Part shown: piece after piece, positions 39,308-48,071 of the stretch
Position numbering within the stretch: position 1 is the first letter of the stretch
Layout of the letters: every line of letters starts with the position of its first letter
Source: Candidatus Aenigmatarchaeota archaeon
Lineage (GTDB): Archaea; Aenigmatarchaeota; Aenigmatarchaeia; PWEA01
Direction of reading: 5' to 3'
DNA: 64,000 nucleotides
Assembly: GCA_003553905.1 (NCBI GenBank)
Contig: PWEA01000005.1
Location: forward strand, 7,915-71,914
Position numbers and translations under genes: made by a program
Notes under the pieces: generated by a model
What the model saw: the letters and a program-made list of their open reading frames with translations, nothing else
The model's database searches: none
What the model was told of the DNA's origin: nothing

Positions 39308-40408
39308 ATGATTGACGAAAAAGGTGGTTCCTTATTACTCATAATAGTTGTAGGTATAATATTATCCCTGATCGTTGGTTCTTTGATGACCGGTGCATTT
39401 AGTGTGGTGGTGAGAACCGTAATCGGAACCGACCTGTCGTGTCCTACATTCTGTGCAGTTCAAGCAGACATAGAGGAGTATAGCATGGCAGATATAATGC
39501 TACCATCGATTCTACCATTCATAGAGGAAAGCTCTGAGGCAACGGCTCATAAAATAGCAGACTGGATAATACAACCGGAAGGGCTTGGCTGTTACTGCGG
39601 CGTCAAAGCAAGAAGTGGAAGATACATCCACTTCCATACAGGTTCACCTGGAGAAAGGTACATAAGAGAGCTTCACTTGACGGACCAAGATCCACATATA
39701 CATCTAGACTATCATGTCAGTGATTCCGATGGAAACACGTTGTTCGACCACAGCTTCGACAAGAGCAGCTGTGAGGAAGACATAAGTAACATAGAAGAAG
39801 TACAGTACTATCAAACCGTTGGCTGTGTAATCGTGGTTAACTCCGAGGGAGGGTACTGCTCTATACATGTAATAGGAGAAGGTTCAGTTATAGAAAACAA
39901 CATAGGTGAAAGCATACACGATCAGGTTGAAATAAAGGAAACATTGACGACAAACTATGAAGACAACGATCCCATTTCATTTTTTAAAATCGGCGACAGA
40001 TACAGCGTACCTCGATTTGCATACGGGACAGGAGATGTCCTGACCTACACGATAGGAACCCAGCCCTACCAGCACGATTCCCAACGAATGCTCCTCCGGG
40101 ACTACGACGAATACCTAGGAGCTAAGTTCGCTCTCTATGCTCCTGTTGTCTGTAGGGCATCAACAAGAGAAGGACAAGATACTCAGACAGAACTCGATGA
40201 AAAATGTAGAAAGCAATGTAAGGAAGACGATAAGATTTTCTTCTCTTCTGCATGCCAAGATATCCCCAGGGAAGGTTATGACATGCTACGTGACGAATAC
40301 CGCGAAGACACTCTCTGTGAAAAGGATGACGAGGGCCCATACTGCAGATGTGTGCACGAGAAACGATACTACTGGGAGGTAGACGAAGATTATTCGAGAG
40401 AAGAATGA
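39308..40408 (+). CDS. Large Cys-rich pilin-like protein, family A-2
   Basis: EKG| class III signal; 14 conserved Cys. Confidence 0.8.
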   Translation: MIDEKGGSLLLIIVVGIILSLIVGSLMTGAFSVVVRTVIGTDLSCPTFCAVQADIEEYSMADIMLPSILPFIEESSEATAHKIADWIIQPEGLGCYCGVKARSGRYIHFHTGSPGERYIRELHLTDQDPHIHLDYHVSDSDGNTLFDHSFDKSSCEEDISNIEEVQYYQTVGCVIVVNSEGGYCSIHVIGEGSVIENNIGESIHDQVEIKETLTTNYEDNDPISFFKIGDRYSVPRFAYGTGDVLTYTIGTQPYQHDSQRMLLRDYDEYLGAKFALYAPVVCRASTREGQDTQTELDEKCRKQCKEDDKIFFSSACQDIPREGYDMLRDEYREDTLCEKDDEGPYCRCVHEKRYYWEVDEDYSREE

Positions 40409-40447
40409 AAAAGTTAAAAACTAAACGAAAACCTATTAAATGATAAT

Positions 40448-40561
40448 ATGGAAGTAAGTATGTCTGTCTTGCTCTGGGTGATTGTAGCCTTTGCTCTGTT
40501 TGTATTTGTAGTAATATTTACCGGTATGTTTTTCGCCGACACGTTTGGAATTTTAATATAA
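40448..40561 (+). CDS. Single-TM micro-protein (37 aa)
   Basis: Manual translation MEVSMSVLLWVIVAFALFVFVVIFTGMFFADTFGILI; fills the gap before 40573. Confidence 0.5.
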   Translation: MEVSMSVLLWVIVAFALFVFVVIFTGMFFADTFGILI

Positions 40562-40572
40562 TCAAGGATACT

Positions 40573-41850
40573 ATGATCGATCAAAAGGGAGCATCAGTAA
40601 AGGCACTCTTCGTAATCATAATTGTAATGGTGGGTGCATGGGTTTTAATACAAAGTATTGGTCCTATAACCAAAGCTGCCATGGGAACCGAAGTATCCTG
40701 TCCGCTTTTCTGTGATATACAGTCAGGTATAGAAGACTACTCGAGATGGGCATGGTGGCCGGGGTGGCTTGGAGGAAGTGTAAGCTGGTCCGATATATTC
40801 AAAAATGAACTAAGAAGAAACATGGTAGCACCTAAATCAATGGGATGTTACTGTGGTGTACAGGAAGAAAGAGGAAAGTTTATCCATTTCCAGGGGAGTA
40901 CCAGTAGTATACGCGAATTCCACATGACGAATCAGGATCCATTGGTACATCTTAGCCTTGAGGCCGGTCCATTTGACCACAGGCCTACTTCATCGCAAAT
41001 TCGTAATATGTGTCGATCCATCATAGAAGATTACGGAGAAGAGTTCAGTCCACCTGTATACGATCAAAGCGATCTCAATAGAGTTCAAGCATGCATGATT
41101 GTTTCAGAATCACCGGGTTGTGCAATATGGAGATTTGAAGAGGGTTTTGTCATTAGGAGAGACTCTGATGATTCTATATGGGAACAGGCACAGGAACAGG
41201 GAAAAGACATAGGCTTTTTTTCCTTTAATAGAGACGAAGACCCTGTTTCGGATCTAAGCATAGGTGAAACTGTGTATGTATCGGGATCAAAGGACCCCTC
41301 CCAACGGATGTTACTCCAAAAATACGAAAGCGGCGATCAAGATTTCAATCTCTCTGCATCCGTGGTATGTAAAAGTGTTAGAATGGATGAATCTATGCCC
41401 ACAAACGAACTAGACAGGGCTTGCAACGAATACTGCTCGGATGAAAATCTTTTCTTCATGAATTCTAACTGCCTAGAGGAGAGGAGAGGTGGTTATGATA
41501 TCCTTCCAGAAGAATACATAGAAAATGGGAGGGATAAACTCTGCCCTGAAGGAAGAGAACTTCCCTTCTGTCTCTGTGCAGGAGAAAAGGACTACTACTG
41601 GGAAACATACTGGGAAGATTTCTACACAGTAACGGTAGAAACCCAAGGTAGTGGAAATGTGGACATAAGCCCCGACCTGGACGAGTATCACGAAGATCAG
41701 GAAGTATCATTGGAAGCAGAAGCGTACAACGATTGGGAATTTAGCCATTGGGAAGGAGATCATCCACATGGACAAAAAGAAGATGCAGAGATAACGATCA
41801 CGGTAGATGGAGATATGGAAGTAACTGCAGTATTCGAATCGACATCATAG
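40573..41850 (+). CDS. Large Cys-rich pilin-like protein, family A-3, with C-terminal InlB B-repeat-like domain
   Basis: QKG| signal; 14 conserved Cys; C-terminal YTVTV...G.G.V.ISP....Y.....V.L.A.....W.F.HW.GD.....D...TAVF. Confidence 0.82.
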   Translation: MIDQKGASVKALFVIIIVMVGAWVLIQSIGPITKAAMGTEVSCPLFCDIQSGIEDYSRWAWWPGWLGGSVSWSDIFKNELRRNMVAPKSMGCYCGVQEERGKFIHFQGSTSSIREFHMTNQDPLVHLSLEAGPFDHRPTSSQIRNMCRSIIEDYGEEFSPPVYDQSDLNRVQACMIVSESPGCAIWRFEEGFVIRRDSDDSIWEQAQEQGKDIGFFSFNRDEDPVSDLSIGETVYVSGSKDPSQRMLLQKYESGDQDFNLSASVVCKSVRMDESMPTNELDRACNEYCSDENLFFMNSNCLEERRGGYDILPEEYIENGRDKLCPEGRELPFCLCAGEKDYYWETYWEDFYTVTVETQGSGNVDISPDLDEYHEDQEVSLEAEAYNDWEFSHWEGDHPHGQKEDAEITITVDGDMEVTAVFESTS

Positions 41851-41910
41851 GACAGGTCGTGGATTAAAACTTATAATACGCGGTAAACATACATAATAGG
41901 GAGATGTTCC

Positions 41911-42093
41911 ATGAATACGGATTCAAAAAGCCTCTTTTCCAGAGGTGAAATAAGTATACAGGCCCTGGTAGTGATAATTCTAATGTTGATAGGGATCATA
42001 ATCATTGTTATAATATCATCGGGCGTCGGTGACTTTGGAGGAGATGCGTCTTCGACTATAATGGAATATTTAGCAGATGCTATAGGTGCATAA
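41911..42093 (+). CDS. Short pilin-like protein (class III signal)
   Basis: SRG|EISIQ followed by a hydrophobic helix, 60 aa. Confidence 0.75.
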   Translation: MNTDSKSLFSRGEISIQALVVIILMLIGIIIIVIISSGVGDFGGDASSTIMEYLADAIGA

Positions 42094-42097
42094 AGTT

Positions 42098-42250
42098 ATG
42101 GTACATAATAAAAAGGGGTTCATAAGTTTCGCTATGATTGTGATCATAGTTCTTATAGCTCTAACGGTCGGTATTCTGCTTATACACACCTTTTGGGGAG
42201 GCGGTGAAGGATTGTTAAACCTACTCATCCAAAGGCTTCAACAGGTATAG
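42098..42250 (+). CDS. Short pilin-like protein (50 aa, class III signal)
   Basis: Manual translation MVHNKKG|FISFAMIVIIVLIALTVGILLIHTFWGGGEGLLNLLIQRLQQV. Confidence 0.7.
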   Translation: MVHNKKGFISFAMIVIIVLIALTVGILLIHTFWGGGEGLLNLLIQRLQQV

Positions 42251-42259
42251 GTATAAAAT

Positions 42260-42406
42260 ATGTCTACATTTAGCGACACATTAACTGTTTTCGAAAACAA
42301 TACAAAGATAATATTTGCCTTAGTGGTGTTTGCTCTGCTTATAGGCATACTTTACTACACGATAGGTCCTATAATAGATACATTACTGGGGGCTATAGGT
42401 TATTGA
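42260..42406 (+). CDS. Single-TM micro-protein (48 aa)
   Basis: Manual translation MSTFSDTLTVFENNTKIIFALVVFALLIGILYYTIGPIIDTLLGAIGY; packed tightly between neighbours. Confidence 0.6.
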   Translation: MSTFSDTLTVFENNTKIIFALVVFALLIGILYYTIGPIIDTLLGAIGY

Positions 42407-42407
42407 T

Positions 42408-43124
42408 ATGAACGTAATCAACAAAAAAGGTTCAAGATCACAGAGTGAGTTCATATTTCTTGCAATAAAGGCAGTGATAGGTATCTTGGTTATAGGAATT
42501 GTTGCCTTGAGTGTTAGGGGCATGGAAACAGGCTGCAGTACACATGACGAAAATCCAACGGCATGTATAAGAAATACCGAATGCAGGCCTGCAGTTAGAA
42601 GAAAGAGAAACATATTCACGTTCTATATTGATCCTGCTCGTACCATAGACCTAATCTACCATACAAAAATAACCGGTGATATAGAATGCCGAGACGCGAT
42701 AAGGACTCCTAACAACAGATACCACGCCGCAGAGGATGCTCAGTGTGTATGTCCTGTTGGATGGGAAGTAATTTTAGACAAGGATGATCAGTACTACGGA
42801 GTCTGCAGACTACCAGGAACTAACGACTATCACCCATGCGAGTATCCACCAGACGGCGAACAGCAAGAAGCAGAATTCAAAGACATGTGTGAAGATGGAG
42901 ACAGATACCACGGAGAAGTCTGGATCGACGGAACAGATGAGGAAGCTCCAAATATGTGCTGCGATGATGGAGATACAAAGGAATGTGACTCCGATAACAT
43001 AGACGAAGAATGTGGCGATTTGGTTTGTATTGAAATAGAGGTCGAGGACGAAGACGGAGAAGAGGAAGAAACCACTTTCTGGATAGAAGAAGAAAGCGTA
43101 CCTGATATAGAATACTTCCTTTAA
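42408..43124 (+). CDS. Cys-rich pilin-like protein, family B-1
   Basis: KKG| signal + TM; 14 Cys; GCS.HDENP, RYHAA, HGEVW, CCDDG. Confidence 0.8.
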   Translation: MNVINKKGSRSQSEFIFLAIKAVIGILVIGIVALSVRGMETGCSTHDENPTACIRNTECRPAVRRKRNIFTFYIDPARTIDLIYHTKITGDIECRDAIRTPNNRYHAAEDAQCVCPVGWEVILDKDDQYYGVCRLPGTNDYHPCEYPPDGEQQEAEFKDMCEDGDRYHGEVWIDGTDEEAPNMCCDDGDTKECDSDNIDEECGDLVCIEIEVEDEDGEEEETTFWIEEESVPDIEYFL

Positions 43125-43151
43125 AATACACAAAATAAAAGATGAAGCGGA

Positions 43152-43802
43152 ATGTTTTCAAAAAAAGGTACTGCTAAATCGCAGGAAGAAACACTTTGGT
43201 TTATAATCAAGATAGCTATAATGTTGATAGGAATGGTAGTTTTGATTGTTTCTTTACTCGAGATGGAGGCAGGCTGCAGTAGACACGATGAAAATCCATC
43301 GGCATGTGTAAGCGATGAAAACTGCAGACCCGCAGTTAAAACATTTGACCTAGGATGGGGTTTATATGGTTTCTCTCAAATCGAAGTAGTGGGTGAGATC
43401 GAATGCCGGGAATCTGTGAGAAAACCCAATACAAGATATCATGCAGCCCAAGATGGAAAATGCGTATGCCCTGGTTTCTGGAACGAAATCATGGACAGGG
43501 ACCATGACTACTTTGGTGTGTGTTATACTGAATATGACGGAGAAGAAATGTACTATCCATGCCAGTACGGCCTGGATGTTCAGGCTGAGGAAATAAAAGA
43601 CAGATGCGATACCGACAACGGTCTTAGAATGCACGGAGAAGTATGGGGCTCCGGTTGGAATGTTCCAGATAGATGCTGCGACGATGGTGAAGTAAAGAAA
43701 TGTGGGATAGATAAAAGAGGTGAAACTTGTGCAGACCATACCTGTAAATCCGGTCCAGCAATGCATGATGTTGTTATAGTCAACTACTATTGGCAGCCAT
43801 AA
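43152..43802 (+). CDS. Cys-rich pilin-like protein, family B-2
   Basis: KKG| signal; same 14 Cys and motifs as 42408. Confidence 0.8.
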   Translation: MFSKKGTAKSQEETLWFIIKIAIMLIGMVVLIVSLLEMEAGCSRHDENPSACVSDENCRPAVKTFDLGWGLYGFSQIEVVGEIECRESVRKPNTRYHAAQDGKCVCPGFWNEIMDRDHDYFGVCYTEYDGEEMYYPCQYGLDVQAEEIKDRCDTDNGLRMHGEVWGSGWNVPDRCCDDGEVKKCGIDKRGETCADHTCKSGPAMHDVVIVNYYWQP

Positions 43803-43847
43803 ACCACATTTACACCTTTCAAAAAGATTTAAACGAACACGACAAAG

Positions 43848-44270
43848 TTGTATATGATGAACACCCCAGCAAAGGGCATAGGCGTAGGAAAGTCTCTTAT
43901 GTTAATATTGATACTGGTAGTACTCATATTTACAACGGTCGTAATAGGTGACATCTTTACATCTGTTCTTGGTATGGGTATAGGAGATGAGTTCCACCTC
44001 ACAATGGGTGAGTTGTCTGTATCCTACACTACATCTAGCTCTTTTCAGGAAAAAACAGAAATAGAAGAAAATCTTCCGATGGCCTGCGAAAGAGTTGTAT
44101 TTAGAAACAACACACTAAAGGCTTATCTAGAACATGATGAATTCTACTTCGTTTCCTACACTACACAGGAAATGGATGAAGATTTCGAGGTAGAATGTGA
44201 TTCCTTTGGTGGGGTGAAGTTTATTGACGGGAGGATTGAAGCCTCTAGCCCGGTTGATGGAACATTGTGA
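43848..44270 (+). CDS. Minor pilin-like protein
   Basis: AKG|IG + TM; two Cys. Confidence 0.7.
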   Translation: MYMMNTPAKGIGVGKSLMLILILVVLIFTTVVIGDIFTSVLGMGIGDEFHLTMGELSVSYTTSSSFQEKTEIEENLPMACERVVFRNNTLKAYLEHDEFYFVSYTTQEMDEDFEVECDSFGGVKFIDGRIEASSPVDGTL

Positions 44271-45169
44271 TTATGATGACAAGGATAGATAACAAAGGAA
44301 CAACCGGAGGAGACTATATATGGTATATACTATTTGTGATAGTAACAATAACCTATCTATATGCCTTTTACGCAATATTCATGGCCGGTTCAACAGTAGA
44401 TGTTGAGGGAATTGAAAGAACTCAAGGAAGACTACAGGGTTCTGCTGCTTATACAAGATTGTTATCATATCCCAACTTCGTCTCGACGGGAGAGATCGGT
44501 GTATTCGATAAATCATCTCTCGATTCGAAGAACGGTACAGAGAAGCTAGAGGAACTCTACAACCCATCACTCTGGATTTATATTGAGATAGAAAACACCG
44601 AAAATGATGATAAGTATATATTCGGTACACCAGGACCAAAGAAGGCAACCGAAGAATGGATAGCTGAGGACGGGTATATGAGTACCTGGGACGATGAAGA
44701 TGAAATGAGCTTTTGGGATCATATGTCCGCCAAATATAGTACAATGGTAAACATAGACACCGGCGACGGCTTCGATCTAGCTAAACTACATTTTTACTTC
44801 CGACAAATACCCGATCCTGTATTGAGCCTGAAAAGGGGTGCCCATATAGCCAAGGAGGAAGGAAGCCATACAGTCACATTGTTTCACCCAACGTCAGGCT
44901 GTAAAATTTATGCACAAGATAGATATGGGAGAGCTCAGTGTTTCGTCCGCGAAGATCCTTTTGTAATAGATACAAGTCAATCTGATAAAATAAAGGACGA
45001 CTTCGGTGAATACATGCATCTGAAAGGCATAGAACTGAAGGCATTCGACGATGATGAGGAAGAGTTCGAGATAGACCCGCCCGGTAGGTTTACAGAAGGA
45101 AAGACGAGGTTAGAACTAGCCCACACCGGCGGCAAAACGGTAGAGTATGAAATAGTCGATAGTTGGTAA
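44267..45169 (+). CDS. Minor pilin-like protein
   Basis: NKG| + TM; acidic extracellular domain. Confidence 0.72.
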   Translation: MIMMTRIDNKGTTGGDYIWYILFVIVTITYLYAFYAIFMAGSTVDVEGIERTQGRLQGSAAYTRLLSYPNFVSTGEIGVFDKSSLDSKNGTEKLEELYNPSLWIYIEIENTENDDKYIFGTPGPKKATEEWIAEDGYMSTWDDEDEMSFWDHMSAKYSTMVNIDTGDGFDLAKLHFYFRQIPDPVLSLKRGAHIAKEEGSHTVTLFHPTSGCKIYAQDRYGRAQCFVREDPFVIDTSQSDKIKDDFGEYMHLKGIELKAFDDDEEEFEIDPPGRFTEGKTRLELAHTGGKTVEYEIVDSW

Positions 45170-45170
45170 A

Positions 45171-45701
45171 ATGAAAAAAAGAATCGGTAAAAAGGGTGGC
45201 TTTATGATCTTGCTAGCTACGCTTATATTCACCGCCGTGTTCTTAATTACTTTGTTTATAGTCGGTCCCTTCGTTGGAGGAGCACAGATGGAAATAGAGG
45301 TAATGTCAGAAGACCCTGCCAGATTCAGTATAGAGAAAAATACGCTTCTAAGAACCAATGAAACAAAAAGAAAACTCATGGCTTTCGGAGAAGGAGACGG
45401 GTCGGTAGACGAATCTATCGCCAAGACAAGCGACAAATTTGGAGAAGCTGATTCGGGCTCTCATATACTGCTTTTCCAGTTCGAAGGGGACGATGACATA
45501 GAAAGGGTGGGTTTCCTTTGTTTAGACGACTGCGGGCATATAAGTGGATATGATGAAGAGTTTAAAGCAATTCTACAAAATTCAAAAGTAATAGCACCTA
45601 GACCCATAATGCTCCCGGAAGGTGGAATGGGATCCTCATATTCGATCTATTATGATCCAGATGAAGTCGCATCAGATATTATGGACGGTGTGATGTACTG
45701 A
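45171..45701 (+). CDS. Minor pilin-like protein
   Basis: KKG|GF + TM. Confidence 0.72.
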   Translation: MKKRIGKKGGFMILLATLIFTAVFLITLFIVGPFVGGAQMEIEVMSEDPARFSIEKNTLLRTNETKRKLMAFGEGDGSVDESIAKTSDKFGEADSGSHILLFQFEGDDDIERVGFLCLDDCGHISGYDEEFKAILQNSKVIAPRPIMLPEGGMGSSYSIYYDPDEVASDIMDGVMY

Positions 45702-45708
45702 TGATAAA

Positions 45709-46272
45709 ATGTTAGGAGATAAAGGAATAAAGGTTACGATTGTGGTCTTAGCAGCCGTACTGATAGCCATCTCTCTGGCAACTACAGTAATTGTAGGAGT
45801 ACTATCATACCAAGGTCAGGAGCAGTCCTGGTTCGGGCAGAGTGAAAGAGTTACAGCAAAGGTTCAGTTTGACCATGCTCTGGAAGCTATAGAAGATTCG
45901 TTTTTGTTAGGTATATACTGGGGTATACGGGAATCAGGTAGCGACTGGGAAGACGCAAGTGAATCCCTTGAAGAAGAAATAGAGGAGAAAATAGATGATT
46001 ATCTGACTAAGTTAGAGGGTTTCTACAGAGGCGAATACGATACGCAACCGTTCCGACTCGAAACGATGATACAGATAAATGACGTCGATATAGAAGTAGA
46101 TTTGGATGAGGACGAGGAAACCATAGATAGGGTAGAATTATCAGGTAATCTGACTTCTTACAGGAACCAGCCCTCGATAACAATATCCGATGATTTCTAC
46201 TTCAGTGAAAACTTTAACGAAGACTATTCAGACCTCTATGACATGGCTCGTAATCCATTAGAAAATATGTAA
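45709..46272 (+). CDS. Minor pilin-like protein
   Basis: DKG|IK + TM. Confidence 0.72.
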   Translation: MLGDKGIKVTIVVLAAVLIAISLATTVIVGVLSYQGQEQSWFGQSERVTAKVQFDHALEAIEDSFLLGIYWGIRESGSDWEDASESLEEEIEEKIDDYLTKLEGFYRGEYDTQPFRLETMIQINDVDIEVDLDEDEETIDRVELSGNLTSYRNQPSITISDDFYFSENFNEDYSDLYDMARNPLENM

Positions 46273-46301
46273 ATTTTATAAGAAAGGGGGAGATATTTAA
46301 C

Positions 46302-47288
46302 ATGAAGATGAATCAAAAGGGATCCAAGTCTATGATGGCTTTAGTAGTTCTTATAATTCTAGGTGTTTTGGTAATATTTGTTTTTTCCACAACATCGGGA
46401 TCTTTTTTGGAGATTTCAGAAGGTCTTATGGACATAGGCGAGGAGGAGGCAAGAAGGGTTCATAGGAAGTTCAAATACCCTATTTTAAAACACGAGCTCC
46501 CGGAAGAAGAATTTCCCGGAGAGGGGTCAGGACGGATTGTGACCTCATGTAAATCAATAGGTTCAGAAGGTGAATATCAGCTCCAAGACTCTATAAGATG
46601 TTCAGATCACGAACCAATCCGAGAGTTCAGCGGGACGCTGGACGGTCGTGGTCACAGTATATATGGTTTAGATGAGCCACTATTTGAAACGATATCTTCC
46701 TCGGGAACCGTAAAAAATATTAGAATCTCGGAAGTAGATATATTTGAGGAAGGTCCTGCAGGTGGTCTTTCTGTAGAAAACCAAGGAACCATCAAAAGAA
46801 TCCGTATTTCCGGGATGGTTCAAGGCGAAAGTAACGTTGGCGGTCTTGTTGGAACAAACAGTGGAGAGATACGGAAATCTTCCTCCACGGCAAATGTAGA
46901 TGGAGATCAAAATGTAGGAGTACTGGTAGGACAACATACCTCCGGTTCCGTAACAAATTCTTACACGGTCGGCTCTGTAGAAGGTATATCAAATGTAGGG
47001 GGACTAATAGGATCAGGAAGTGGACAGGTAGATAAAACATACGCAGCTAGTTTTGTAACCGGACTCACAAACAAACAAGGCTTGGTCGGTTCCGGTTCTG
47101 CTGGGGCAGTGACAAACTCCTTCTGGAGTACTGACACATCCGGAATTCTTCCTGGAGATATCTCTGGAAGTGTTATAGGAACACCGAAAGTTGACGAAGC
47201 CATGGAAGACAAGGCAACATTTGTTTCCACAAGAACGGAAGGCCTCGTAGATCCCTGGGACTTCGATGAAATATGGACTATGGGATAA
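46302..47288 (+). CDS. Pilin-like protein with GLUG-motif beta-helix repeats
   Basis: QKG| + TM; F.G.LDG.GH.I, repeated NVGGLVG/NVGVLVG/NVGGLIG, WDF..IW. Confidence 0.82.
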   Translation: MKMNQKGSKSMMALVVLIILGVLVIFVFSTTSGSFLEISEGLMDIGEEEARRVHRKFKYPILKHELPEEEFPGEGSGRIVTSCKSIGSEGEYQLQDSIRCSDHEPIREFSGTLDGRGHSIYGLDEPLFETISSSGTVKNIRISEVDIFEEGPAGGLSVENQGTIKRIRISGMVQGESNVGGLVGTNSGEIRKSSSTANVDGDQNVGVLVGQHTSGSVTNSYTVGSVEGISNVGGLIGSGSGQVDKTYAASFVTGLTNKQGLVGSGSAGAVTNSFWSTDTSGILPGDISGSVIGTPKVDEAMEDKATFVSTRTEGLVDPWDFDEIWTMG

Positions 47289-47290
47289 AA

Positions 47291-47452
47291 ATGAACTACG
47301 CTCTTCGAACCAGAGGACTACAGTTTAATATCCTTGTTTATATAATACTTGGAATACTTTTGATAGGTGTGATTGCTGCTCTTGCCCTGACTACAGAGGG
47401 GCTCTTCGAAGGATTTTTTGACCTAATGAAAGAACTGATACTTTCAGGGTGA
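47291..47452 (+). CDS. Short pilin-like protein (53 aa)
   Basis: Manual translation MNYALRTRG|LQFNILVYIILGILLIGVIAALALTTEGLFEGFFDLMKELILSG. Confidence 0.65.
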   Translation: MNYALRTRGLQFNILVYIILGILLIGVIAALALTTEGLFEGFFDLMKELILSG

Positions 47453-47497
47453 GGACAGACCGTAAGTTTTAAATCCAATAGGTAACAACCTTTAACC

Positions 47498-47755
47498 ATG
47501 AAAATCAAGTCCGGGAAGAGATTAAAGCCTCTACATCTCGGAGCTCTGGTTTTGAGTTTGATAGTGATCCTATCCATCATAGTTTTTAGTCTGGACGTAA
47601 CAGAAGGACCAGGTGAGGAAGATGAGATGGGCAGGTCTTGTGTAGGATACCTACAGAGGAATTGTTGCAGTAACCCCGGAGCAGTTCGATGCCAAGAATT
47701 CGAAAACGAAATATGGACACACCAAGAAGATCCATTTGATGTATGTTGTGAATAA
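47498..47755 (+). CDS. Small Cys-rich membrane-anchored protein, family C-1
   Basis: TM then C....R.CC...C...W...CC (6 Cys). Confidence 0.7.
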   Translation: MKIKSGKRLKPLHLGALVLSLIVILSIIVFSLDVTEGPGEEDEMGRSCVGYLQRNCCSNPGAVRCQEFENEIWTHQEDPFDVCCE

Positions 47756-47758
47756 ACT

Positions 47759-48070
47759 ATGTTAAGTAAAAAGGGTATGGACGCGATAAGAATAATAAGG
47801 GTATTTATAATAACATTACTCATTCTCTTTGCTCTTCTTGCCCTCTGGGTAGGCACAGGAGATGCAGGTCTAACGGAAATAGAGTTCGATGGAAAGATGA
47901 GGATAGCCTGTAATAGATTTGAAAACAGGGGTTGTTGTAGAAGCTACGACGAAGAAGATCCCGGACAGTGTGCTGTAGATAAGGTATGGGAAGGCTACGA
48001 CGAAGAAGAAATGGACGAAGAGCTTATAGAAAGGCTGGAAGAAGTCGATTGGGAACAAAGGTGTTGTTGA
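47759..48070 (+). CDS. Small Cys-rich pilin-like protein, family C-2
   Basis: KKG|MD + TM; same 6-Cys pattern as 47498. Confidence 0.75.
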   Translation: MLSKKGMDAIRIIRVFIITLLILFALLALWVGTGDAGLTEIEFDGKMRIACNRFENRGCCRSYDEEDPGQCAVDKVWEGYDEEEMDEELIERLEEVDWEQRCC

Positions 48071-48071
48071 A

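Noticed and set aside
37988-43802. Multiheme cytochromes, or diversity-generating retroelement targets, among the Cys-rich proteins
   Set aside because: No repeated CxxCH motifs; no reverse transcriptase or adenine-specific TR/VR repeat pair noticed
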